From: Convolutriloba macropyga
Lineage: Eukaryota
Length of the DNA stretch: 64,000 nt
Direction: 5' to 3'
Assembly (NCBI RefSeq): GCF_964194025.1
Contig: NC_134476.1
Coordinates: forward strand, 44,702,001 to 44,766,000
Below the pieces are notes generated by a model. That model saw only the letters and a list, made by a program, of their open reading frames with translations, was not told where the DNA came from and ran no database searches. Positions within the stretch are counted from its first letter, which is position 1. Every line of letters begins with the position of its first letter. A program made the translations under genes and the position numbers. Positions 1-11,800 of the stretch are shown here, piece by piece.

Positions 1-3000
1 GATGTAAGAGTTGGGCTGCCAGGGGGGGGGGTAAAATGATGTAAGAGTTGGTCTGCCAAGGGGGTAAAATGGTGTAAGAGTGAGGGGGTAATTTGTCCAG
101 AGGGGTAAAATGAGGTATGAGTTGGGCTGCCAAGGGGGGTAAAATGGTGTAAGTGTGAGGGGGTAATTTGTTCAGAGGGGATAAAATGATGTAAGAATAT
201 GGCTTCCAAGGGGGGTAAAATTGTGTAAGAGTGAGGGGGTATATTGTCCAGAGGGGATAAAATGAGGTAAGAGTTGGGCTGCCAAGGGGGGTAAATTGGT
301 GTAAGAGTGAGGGGGTAATTTGTTCAGAGGGGGTAAAATGATGTAAGAGTTCGGCTTCCAAGGGGGTAAAATGGTGTAAGAGTGAGGGGGTAATTTGTTC
401 AGAGGGGGTAAAATGATGTAAGAGTTGGGCTGCCAAGGGGGTAAAACGATATAAGAGTGAGGGTGAAATTTGTAGTAATGGGGCAATTCTAACAATTATT
501 ATTTATATATATAGACCGTCAAGAGTTGGACAAGCATCGATGGTCTGGAGGATAAGGCGACGCAGCTGAGGGTACAGAGATTGTGGGTTCAAGACTGGCA
601 GTCTTCAGGTATGGGGGCTAAAAGATTGAGGGGGTTAAATGATTTAAGAGTTGGGCTGCCAGGGGGGGGGGGTAAAATGTTGTAAGAGTTGGTCTGCCAA
701 GGGGGGTAAAATGGTGTAAGAGTGAGGGGGTAATTTGTCCAGAGGGGTAAAATGAGGTAAGAGTTGGGCTGCCAAGGGGGGTAAAATGGTGTAAGTGTGA
801 GGGGGTAATTTGCTCAGAGGGGATAAAATGATGTAAGAATATGGCTTCCAAGGGGGGTAAAATTGTGTATAAGAGTGAGGGGTTATATTGTCCAGAGGGG
901 ATAAAATGAGGTAAGAGTTGGGCTGCCAAGGGGGGTAAATTGGTGTAAGAGTGAGGAGGTAATTTGTTCAGAGGGGGTAAAATGATGTAAGAGTTGGGCT
1001 TCCAAGGGGGTAAAATGGTGTAAGAGTGAGGGGGTAATTTGTTCAGAGGGGGTAAAATGATGTAAGAGTTGGGCTGCCAAGGGGGTAAAACGATATAAGA
1101 GTGAGGGGGAAATTTGTAGTAATGGGGCAATTCTAACAATTATTATTTATATATATAGACCGTCAAGAGTTGGACAAGCATCGATGGTCTGGAGGATAAG
1201 GCGACGCAGCTGAGGGTACAGAGATTGTGGGTTCAAGACTGGCAGTCTTCAGGTATGGGGGCTAAAAGATTGAGGGGGTTAAATGATGTAAGAGTTGGGC
1301 TGCCAGGGGGGGGGGGGTAAAATGATGTAAGAGTTGGGCTGCCAAGGAGGGTTAAAATGGTGTAAGGGTGGGGGGGGGGAATTTGTTCAGAGGGGGCAAA
1401 GTGATGTAAGAATTGGGTTGCCAAGGGGGGTAAAATGGTGTAAGAGTGAGGGGGTAATTTGTTCAGAGGTGGTAAAATGATGTAAGAATTGGGCTGCCAA
1501 GGGGGGTAATATTGTGTAAGAGTGAGGGGGTAATTTGTCCAGAGGGGGTAAAATGAGGTAACAGTTGGTTTGCCAGGGGGGGTAAAATGGTGTAAGTGTG
1601 AGGGGGTAATTTGTCCAGAGGGGTAAAAAGAGGTAAGAGTTGGGCTGCCAAGGGGGGTAAAATGGTGTAAGAGTGAGGGGGTAATTTGTTCAGAGGGGGT
1701 AAAATGATGTAAGAATTGGGCTGCCAAGGGGGTATAATTGTGTAAGAGTGTGGGGGTAATTTGTCCAGAGGGGGTAAAATGTGGTAAGAGTTGGGCTGCC
1801 CAGGGGGGTAAAATGGTGTAAGAGTGAGGGGGTAATTTGTTCAGAGGGGGTAAAGTGATGTAAGAGTTGGGCTGCCAAGGAGGGTAAAATGGTGTAGGAG
1901 TGAGGGGGTAATTTGTTCAGAGGGGGTAAAATGATGTAAGAGTTGGGCTGCCAAGGCAGGTAAAATGGTGTAGGAGTGAGGGGGTAATTTGGTCAGCGGG
2001 GGTAAAATGATGTAAGAATTGGGCTGCCAAGGGGGTTAAAATGGTGTAAGAGTGAGGGGGTACTTTGTCCAGAGGGGGTAAAATGAGGTAAGAGTTGGTC
2101 TGCCAAGGGGAGTAAAATGGTGTAAGAGTGAGGGGGTAATTTGTCCAGAGGGGTAAAATGAGGTAAGAGTTGGGCTGCCAAGGGGGGTAAAATGGTGTAA
2201 GTGTGAGGGGGTAATTTGTTCAGAGGGGATAAAATGATGTAAGAATATGGCTTCCAAGGGGGGTAAAATTGTGTAAGAGTGAGGGGGTATATTGTCCAGA
2301 GGGGATAAAATGAGGTAAGAGTTGGGCTGCCAAGGGGGTAAAATGGTGTAAGAGTGAGGGGGTAATTTGTTCAGAGGGGGTAAAATGATGTAAGAGTTGG
2401 GCTTCCAAGGTGGTAAAATGGTGTAAGAGTGAGGGGGTAATTTGTTCAGATGGGGTAAAATGATGTAAGAGTTGGGCTGCCAAGGGGGTAAAACGATATA
2501 AGAGTGAGGGGCAATTTGTAGTAATGGGGCAATTCTAACAATTATTATTTATATATATCGACCGTCAAGAGTTGGACAAGCATCGATGGTCTGGAGGATA
2601 AGGCGACGCAGCTGAGGGTACAGAGATTGTGGGTTCAAGACTGGCAGTCTTCAGGTATGGGGGCTAAAAGATTGAGGGGGTTAAATGATGTAAGAGTTGG
2701 GCTGCCAGGGGGGGGGGGTAAAATGATGTAAGAGTTGGGCTGCCAAGGGGGGTAAAATGGTGTAAGGGTGGGGGGGGGGGTTAATTTGTCCAGAGGAGGT
2801 AAAATGAGGTAAGAGTTGGGCTGTCAAGGGGCGTAAAATGGTGTAAGAGTGAGGTGTAATTTGTCCAGAGGGGTAAAATGAGGTAAGAGTTGGGCTGCCA
2901 AGGGGGGTAAAAGGGTGTAAATGTGAGGGGGTAATTTGTTCAGAGGGGGTAAAATGATGTAAGAGTTGGGCTTCCAAGCGGGTAAAATGGTGTAAGAGTG

Positions 3001-4240
3001 AGGGGGTAATTTGTCCAGAGGGGGTAAAATGAGGTAAGAGTTGGTCTGCCAAGGGGGGTAAAATGGTGTAAGAGTGAGGGGGTAATTTGTCCAGAGGGGT
3101 AAAATGAGGTAAGAGTTGGGCTGCCAAGGGGGGTAAAGTGGTGTAAGTGTGAGGGGGTAATTTGTTCAGAGGGGATAAAATGATGTAAGAATATGGCTTC
3201 CAAGGGGGGTAAAATTGTGTAAGATTGAGGGGGTATATTGTCCAGAGGGGATAAAATGATGTAAGAGTTGGGCTTCCAAGGGGGTAAAATGGTGTAAGAG
3301 TGAGGGGGTAATTTGTTCAGAGGGGGTAAAATGATGTATGAGTTGAGCTGCCAAGGGGGTAAAACGATATAAGAGTGAGGGGGCAATTTGTAGTAATGGG
3401 GCAATTCTAACAATTATTATTTATATATATAGACCGTCAAGAGTTGGACAAGCATCGATGGTCTGGAGGATAAGGCGACGCAGCTGAGGGTACAGAGATT
3501 GTGGGTTCAAGACTGGCAGTCTTCAGGTATGGGGGCTAAATGATTGAGGGGGTTAAATGATGTAAGAGTTGGGCTGCCATGGGGTGGGGGGATAATATGA
3601 TGTAAGAGTTGGGCTGCCAAGGGGGGTAAAAAGGTGTAAGAAAGAGGTGTAATTTGTCCAGAGGGGTAAAATGAGGTAAGAGTTGGGCTGCCAAGGGGGG
3701 TAAAATGGTGTAAGTGTGGGGGGGTAATTTGTTCAGAGGGGATAAAATGATGTAAGAATATGGCTTCCAAGGGGGGTAAAATTGTGTAAGAGTGAGGGGG
3801 TATATTGTCCAGATGGGATGAAATGAGGTAAGAGTTGGGCTGCCAAGGGGGTAAATTGGTGTAAGAGTGAGGGGGTAATTTGTTCAGAGGAGGTAAAATG
3901 ATGTAAGAGTTGGGCTTCCAAGGGGTTAAAATTGTGTAAGAGTGAGGGGGTAATTTGTTCAGAGGGGGTAAAATGATGTAAGAGTTGGGCTGCCAAGGGG
4001 GTAAAACGATATAAGAGTGAGGGGGCAATTTGTAGTAATGGGGCAATTCTAACAATTATTATTTATATATATAGACCGTCAAGAGTTGGACAAGCATCGA
4101 TGGTCTGGAGGATAAGGCGACGCAGCTGACGGTACAGAGATTGTGGGTTCAAGACTGGCAGTCTTCAGGTATGGGGACTAAAAGATTGAGGGGGTTAAAT
4201 GATGTAAGAGTTGGGCTGCCGGGGAGGGGGGGGGGGTAAA
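1..4240. repeat. Complex G-rich satellite: ~74-bp unit made of GGGGGTAAAATGGTGTAAGAGTGA / GGGGGTAATTTGTTCAGA / GGGGGTAAAATGATGTAAGAGTTGGGCTGCCAA modules, with five interspersed ~160-bp cassettes
   Basis: Tandem modules are directly visible. The many Pro/Leu/His-rich minus-strand ORFs are translations of this repeat. Confidence 0.95.
534..608 (+). ncRNA. tRNA-like Pol III cassette (copy 1 of 5; others start at 1178, 2580, 3452, 4094)
   Basis: A-box-like TGGTCTGGAGG at 541, B-box-like GGTTCAAGAC at 586, and a TATATATATA run ~20-30 bp upstream. No convincing full cloverleaf. Confidence 0.5.
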
Positions 4241-4660
4241 ATGACGTAAGAGTGGGGCTGCAATGGGAGGATTTTTTAGGAAAATGCAGCTCAAAACTCT
4301 TACGTCTTTTTGGGCTGCATTGAGCTTCCAGGGGGGGGGGTAAAATGGTGTAAGATTGAGGGGGTAAAAGACAAATTAACCCCCCACTCTTACATCTTTT
4401 TTGGTCTGCCAAGGAGGGTAAAATGGTGTAAGAGTGAGGGGGTAAAAGACAAATTACCCCCCAACTCTTACATCGTTTTACCCCCCTTGGCAGTCCAAAA
4501 AAGATATAAGAGTGGGGGGTTAATTTGTCTTTTACCCCCTCACTCTTACACCATTTTACCCCCCTTGGAAGCCCAATGCAGCCCAAAAAGACGTAAGAGT
4601 TTTGAGCTGCATTTTCCTAAAAAAATCCTCCCATTGCAGCCCCACGCTTACATCATTTTG
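4238..4660. repeat. ~420-bp imperfect palindrome (foldback) ending the satellite
   Basis: GGGGCTGCAATGGGAGGATTTTTTAGGAAAATGCAGCTCAAAACTCTTACGTC (~4254-4307) recurs as its reverse complement at ~4590-4645. The ORFs 4149..4586(-) and 4310..4774(+) share peptide blocks. Confidence 0.9.
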
Positions 4661-5024
4661 GGCGGAAAAATTCAACCCGGGTTATCACGCATAACAATTT
4701 TACTTATCACGCATAACAATTTTCCTGTGTCAAGTCCGTGTGTCAAGAAAACGATAAGTTTGTTTTGGTTTTAGTTCAAACTTCAAACTGTATTTACACT
4801 TATAAATACTTACGTAATTACCTATCTAAATGGTATTTTTTAATAGTGGAGACTAATTGCAAGTAAATGATATTGGTGTCATATGCCAAAGGTATGTCAT
4901 AAGCCAGTAATAAGTAATAGAGGACACTTATAAGAAATGACCTGAAGTGGTTGTGTGCTAGATTCTGATTTCACATTACTGTGGTTACTTAACATTACTG
5001 TGATGCTGCTAGCAACTTGGCCTT

Positions 5025-5907
5025 TTAAGGAAGAATCTGGACTTCTTGTTTCGATTGATTAATTTTCCTTGCAGGACGCTTTCGTGATACTGTTTTAACA
5101 GTGCTTCGTCTTCCTTTCTGGATAAATTTGTCCGACATCAGACGGTTATCCTTACCAACTGAACGATTTTTTAATCAAGTTACGTAATGTTTTACTGTTT
5201 TGCCGACCCACCTTTTTGATCGCCCTTAGAGGATGTTGACTCCTGTGACTCTTTCGTTCCTGCAAAAATGATTAAAAGAGGCTAACTTCTGAAACATTTC
5301 ATGTAATTTTTTTTAGTTATTTAAGTCCTCAGAAATTAGGTCAAACTAACTTGAACTCTTCCCAGCTGTAGACTTTTTGAGTTGTGATTTGGATGTTTTT
5401 GAGGAAGAAAGCTCTCCATCGCTATCGCCAGTCGCTGAACCGACAACTTTAGATTCCTTCATTGCCTTTGAAGATTTTGAACTTGTGCCCAAGCTCTTTT
5501 TCGAAGACCTGCTGTCTCCCTGGCTGTCTGTGGAATTTCTCTTGGTTGATGGTGTTCTGGAGGATGTTTTATTCTCTGTCTCTTTGCTTGTTCGCCTGGA
5601 GCTGCTCGTGCTGCCACCCCCAGTGAGTTTCTTTGTGCCAATACCATCCGAGGCTAATGTACTTCTTGCTAACCCCGATCCCGCGCTGCTACGTCGCTTC
5701 GGCTTATCCGCATCACGGATGGATTGACCGTGGAATTTCTGTTTGATCATGATGTCAAGTTCATTGTGAAATAGTTTTGAGGGATTTGAGTCCTCGAATT
5801 GGGTAGTTGCATTAGATCGACGCACAAAATCTGTGCACATGTGGGGCTCACAAAGACGCCGATCCTGCATGACTTCGTTTGGCTTAATGGCAACTTCCTT
5901 CTTTTTG
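5025..5907 (-). CDS. Candidate terminal exons of a spliced host gene; Ser/Lys-rich low-complexity protein of unknown function
   Basis: 174-aa ORF 5346..5870 in GC-richer sequence. TTTTCAG acceptor at ~5908, GTTAGT donor at ~5350, TTTTGCAG acceptor at ~5261, AAG|GTGGGT donor at ~5210 and TTCAG acceptor at ~5159 keep one reading frame to a stop at ~5025. Confidence 0.4.
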
Positions 5908-5954
5908 CTGAAAAGTACATCAATTGATTTTGGGATCTTCTATTGGTTTTTTCT

Positions 5955-6276
5955 CGCTACCTTACTAATCATAAAACGAACCGTGTATGATATCTTACCA
6001 ATTATAAAACGGACCATGGTACTTTATTAACCATAGAACACACCAGAAAAGAACAGCTTCTCCATAAAAAGGAAAAATATTAATAGAATTAATATATTAA
6101 AATATTATTATACTTAAATATCATATAACGAACCATATATGGTAACTCGAATTATAGCAAGATCATAGAACAAAAACTTTTTATGGATTCTTTGGGCCAT
6201 TTATGGTCCGTTTTATGGTAAGTAAGGTACCAAATATGGTTCGTTGTATGGTAAGTAAATTTGATCAACCCGGGTA
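5955..6276. mobile_element. Probable non-autonomous DNA transposon relic with inverted TTACYAWYCATAAAACGAACC-type arms
   Basis: The right arm GGTTCGTTGTATGGTAAGTAAATTTGATCAACCCGGGTA has a related inverted copy at ~5960 and another at ~13832-13875. Confidence 0.4.
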
Positions 6277-8792
6277 ACCAGGTCTGCTCTTATGTGGGCA
6301 GTCAGAATTAAATGATTTGTGTCATTGCCCGTCCTATTTTGTAATTTGCTATTAATTTGAAGCAAATTAACAGTGACGATGCTTTAGATAGCTTCAACCA
6401 AACGTCCTATTAACGGGAAACGAACAAAACCCCTTTCCCCTTTACGGGAACCTACTCAGGTTTAAGCCTCGATTCATGAATAGACCCCGCTCGACCAAAA
6501 TGACCATGAAAAGGCTTTAGCTCGACTGTAGATATAATCTAGGCTTTAGCTCAACCCAAATTTGATGCTGGACTGTAGCTCGACCCATAAATGAATGGAC
6601 TTTAGCTCAGCCAAAATTTGATGTCTTTTAAAGGCTTATGGATAGATGATCAGCATATGGGCAGAAGATCAGCTTATAGATTGGCGATCAGCTTATTAGC
6701 AGAAGATCAGCCTATTCATAGAAGATCAGTTTATGAGAGGGAGATTTTTTATATTTTTAGATCAAATAGCGCTTTTTCATTAGGTCAAGGAATTGCTAAA
6801 ATCTTGTGAAAGATCTCCAGTGTGTATAGAATTATAGCAAGAATTCTGGGTGTAGCTTGCCTAGGAAACAAATCACTGTTTTGGACGTTGGTAGGCTATG
6901 AAAAGACTTTAGTTCGACACATGAAAAGACTGTACTCGATTTTAATTGACAATGAAAAGACTTAGCTGGACCCATCAAAAGACTGTACCACGACTTCAAT
7001 TAAGTACTGGACTGTGTGACTTTGTGTAATTATGGTTAATAAAGACCCCTAGAATTGGGTAGTCTTTTCATAAGTCGAGGCCTAAACATGGGTAGCCTGA
7101 AGTCAAATTTGAAAGTCAAAAAACCCTACAAAAATATAACACCATGGAGTTAACACCTCCACTTTAGAAAACAACAAAAGACTCCAAAGTTTTTGGGATT
7201 GGAAAAATTAAAAACGTCCAAAACAGATAAAAACTGACTACGATCATATATGAACAATGATTTAAGCAACTTATCGCATCTGATTGGATTCTCACCAAAA
7301 TGGATTCAATGAGTTTAAGTCCTACGAAGAAATGAAAAGCAAATTTCGCAATATTCAATTGAGCCGAAACTGGTGGCTTTTTTTAATTATCTTTGAGGAA
7401 GAAGAGTTTTTGATGAGGATGGGGGTTATTCCTTTGGAGTTGTCTATCCGTAGATTTTTTCGACTTCTTTTTTTAACCTGATCTAACTTCTTTTCAACAA
7501 CTTGTGCTTAAGTGACTTTGTCTGAGCGTGTATTCGCAGGTTTTCTAGGAAAAATAACCCTAAAGTTGAGCTTTTTTCAAAATTGAATCAATTTTGTCGG
7601 AGCTAGATATATTTTACAAAACGAAGCTGAATAACCTTAAACTTAAGAGAAGTGCAAAATCCCCAACTTTTGGAAATTTTCAAATTCATAAAACTTTGAC
7701 ACGAAAAATTCCTTATTAATTTTTTAATGAGTGATGCTATTCGTTACTATGCTAAATATTAATTAATGAAAACTCTAATTATAACAATGTTTATCAAAAA
7801 ATCAAAAAGAACTAGTTTTCAGTTTTCATAAAGTAGGTATAGTGAGTGAACCTGAAATGAATAAGTATGGCGAGTGCAATTACGAAAAATTGACTCAACA
7901 GAAAAAAAACCTCACTAGCATGAAGATCTTATTTTTGAGTATAGGGCAGTAAGTGATCGTTTCGAAATTACTTGACAAAATTGAAAGTTCAAATTTGAAC
8001 TTTGAACTCGTGCATATAAAAAAGGTTCGTTAAAGTTGGAAAGCAAACATTCGAGAAACTCCAAACTTTCTAATGTACATCCATTTTGTTAATTTGTATG
8101 TCAGTTTTTCTTCATTAAGTTCAATTGTATTGAAACAATTTGCATGCTTAAAATTGAACTTTGACCTTTTAATTTTTTCAATGCGTTTTAAAAATTTGCC
8201 TTTATGAGGCAGTCTATATGGCGGGTTTCAGAAACTTGAACACACAAACTAACGTTTGCATAACTCAGGGAATGCATATGAACATCCGTATGCCAACATC
8301 TGTATGATTTAAATTTGAACTTTGAGCTTCGCAACTTTCGCTAGGGTTCCAATTTTATGCTACTTTCTATATAGTTAGTCCCATCAAGTTACAACACAGG
8401 CAATCGTTCCAAATACTCGTGACATAAAATTAAACAATAAAAGCTTATCTCAGCATGTTTTAAGTGTAAAATTTGACCTTTGAAAAGTTCGATAGCGTTA
8501 GAACTTTAAACTAACAACCAAAACTTGATAATAATAGTAATACTTTTGGTTCCTGCGTAATCGCAGCGAACAGCATTACGCCTACAGTAGCCTGTTCTCA
8601 GCTGCCCTTTTTCTTATTATTCCCCACATTTCAGACTGTTCTTTTTATGAGCAGCATTGCTCTTTTTTGGTGAATTTGGCCACTTTTTTTGCGTCTGAAA
8701 CTTTCACGTGATACCATCATTGCAGCCAACATTGGTCAGGCTATGGTCAACCTGAAGCTATGGTTCAGTAAGAGCTTATCCTTACACAGACA

Positions 8793-8875
8793 GCTTCACG
8801 GAGGCAGGGGATCGAACTCTCAATCCTTGTCGTGTGTCCACTGATAACTACACTGAAAAAGCTAAAGAGAAAGGG
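8793..8875 (-). mobile_element. tRNA-derived SINE head / tRNA pseudogene
   Basis: Minus strand has a B-box-like GAGTTCGATCCC with a degenerate A-box upstream. Confidence 0.4.
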
Positions 8876-11800
8876 CCTGGACATGCTAATTTGCCCATTA
8901 GTGAGCAATTGTTTGTTCGGTTTCTCGAATCTTTGCTCATTTCATCCTTTAACTAGTCACATAAAGTTGCAACGCAAGCAAACGCTCGACAAATTTATTC
9001 ATGCACTTGTACAATTATCTTTATAAAGTCCGTAGCTTAAAGTTGAAACTTTAAGACACTCGCTATACATGCTGTTTAAAACTTGAAACGTTCGATGGGA
9101 CTAACTATAGGCCATATAGCTTCAGTAGCTTACACTATAACTCAAAGTTGAAAACCGTACCTATCTCCAAGTGAGTTTCAGTACTGGGCCAGTATAAATG
9201 CAAGTTCTCATCTTTGTTGAATCATAGACTGATTCATATCCAGGTCGAGGTGGCCAGACCGAAGTGGCCAGACCGAAGTGGCCTCTGATCAGAACGTCTT
9301 CGAACGCACACATGTTCTCGGTGCGCTCGAACAACATGGTCTGGAAAAGGCTTCGAGCAAATTTTTGTGAGGACAATGATCTGGAACTTGTCTGATCAGA
9401 GTTCACTTCGGTCTGATCGGAGACCATTTTGTCTACTAGTCTGATCCAAGCCCGATTCGAGAGAACTTTTTTCATTTTTTTACTGAGAGACGTTGCCTCT
9501 GTCAAGAATCAACAATACAGCACCATTTTTAAATCACTATATGTTGAGTATAATTCCGTTTTAAGGTCTTTAAGTAAAATTTAAATGTATTATAAAACTC
9601 ACTACCTCTACCAAAAAATAATTTTTCTGGTGTTCTACATTCCAGTCGAATTGTTTTAAGTCCATTAATTATAGAAACACCTGACTTAATCAGTAAATTT
9701 ATAGACAAAGCAAATTCTAAACTTTGTTATTTGTGATGAGAACGATTTTTTAGCTAGCTGTTTTTGGCTTTGCCAAGTTACACTTTGTTTTTGTTTCATT
9801 TACCATAAATAAAAAGAAAATTATCTAATTGTTTTTGAGTAATATCAATCGTTGATAATAGTTGTTTAGCTATTTTAAACATCTCATCAAATAATCCATC
9901 TTTACATTTTCTTGTTTCTAATCTAATTAATTCTATTCTTTCTACTAAATCATTTGGGTTCGTTAGCCCAAATGCTAAAACCCTCGAGTTTAATATTAGT
10001 TTTATTAGTTTTTGTGCATTGTTTTTATCACCTGTATTGTTATCATTGATTATATATGTAAAAAAGTGTGTTTTGTTATCTTTTTCTCTTTCTACATCAT
10101 GCAGTTTTACGCTACTATTAGATAAAACTGAATAATTTTCTGTGGAAATAAAAACTTTTTGCTGCTTACTATGATTCGATTTCACAAAAGTTGGGCATCA
10201 ACACAATTGATTTCAATTTCGCCTTCTCCAGTACTTTTGTTGGCATTATCTTCAACTGACTACTGCCCTCAGAATTTACTTTTAATAAAACCCCTATTGT
10301 TCCACAAGTTTTCATAGATATCTGACCATCACCATCTTTTATCTGAAAAGGTTCATTGAAAACTAGTGCAAATGTTTCTTCGGCGTTGGACATTCAAGCT
10401 TCATATGATGTTCTTTTGTTTTCTATTAGTTTAATTCGAGAGTTTAATAATTTAGTTAATGGATCAAATAATTCTTCTATGTTATCATAGTATTTTTGTT
10501 GTTTTTTCTTATCTTCTGATCTATTTCTTCTCTTTCTTTTTCTAGATTATTTATTTCTATTTGTTTTTCTTGTTTTTTCAAATGATATTTTTGAAAATCT
10601 CACAATATTAGGTCAGTTTTCATTAATTATAAACTTAAAACATTAATACACTCTTGATAAATTTTGTTTATGATTGTCTTTGTGTATCATTAGAACAAAA
10701 AGAATACCTCAGCTAAGTTTTGATAGTACATAACATATAGTCAAAAAATAATATTTAAGAAAATATTCAAGAAAAACCACAATCCAAATTTCCCCTTTTA
10801 AAATTTGAAATCTTTGATAAATTGTCTCTTTTCAATGCATTTTATATCAGTAGAGAAAATCCTGGGGATAAATTGGGATATCACATGACCTTCAAACAAA
10901 ATTTTACGTCAAGTTTTTGGTTTATTGAAGAATAAAAATAAATTGGATAGAAATTGGTCGATTGTAATTACTTCAAGCGTTAAAATGTTTCTCGGATAAT
11001 TTTTTTAACAGTGTGGTTTATAACATCAGAAGGAAGAAAACCTACGCCAAACTCAGATACCACATCAAAAATAATAAAATTTTTCACTTTATCGTTGAAA
11101 AACCTTGGTTTTTAATCTATTCATATTTTTAATGCACTACTTGTAATACTTAAACGTATCATCACTTACCACGCTTTTCCTAATCTTAATATGTTGCTCA
11201 AATACCACTGTGTACAACCCTCGCTTACCTGCTTCAAAAATTTCTTAACCATTATATACCAATCTTTAATCATTGGATATGTTCCAACTCAACTAGTTGT
11301 TAACGTTTTGGATGCATCTTAACCCATTGTAAAATTTTTACAGGCGTTTTATGTTGAAATAAAATTGAATATTTTTTCCATTTTTAAAGCGCAGAATTAG
11401 AGACTTGGGCGAAACTTAAAAACTGAAAATAATACAAAAGTAGTTTTTTATCAACTATAAATTAGATAAGGATATTTACGGTTCGACTTCCAGCAGAAAA
11501 TCTCAAAATAAACAGGATTGAATAGTTGTTAATTGATTAATTTGATTTTATTAATGCTGAGGTCATTGCTACATCTTGATGTCAATTGTTTCTCTTTTCT
11601 CATCTCCTTCTTTAACACTTCTCCAATTGTTTTTCCACTCTGAATAATAATCTTTTGAAACAAGAACTCTGGAGAAATTTTCCACCAATTTTGAAAATTG
11701 GACAAATCTGTTGAATAGGAATACCCTCTGCTGCTCAATTTTTTATTCAAGTGATATTCACATTGTTTTCATCCTGATTAGCATGATTTATTTTGCATAG

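Noticed and set aside
1-4240. CRISPR-like or telomeric array
   Set aside because: The spacers are not unique, there are no cas genes, the context is eukaryotic, and the unit is far longer than a telomere repeat.
172-4774. Many Pro/Leu/His-rich ORFs
   Set aside because: They are translations of the satellite and palindrome, mostly from non-ATG starts.
9161-9505. 114-aa ORF
   Set aside because: It crosses short tandem/inverted repeats (GAAGTGGCCAGACC, TCTGATCAGA) and has no recognisable motif.
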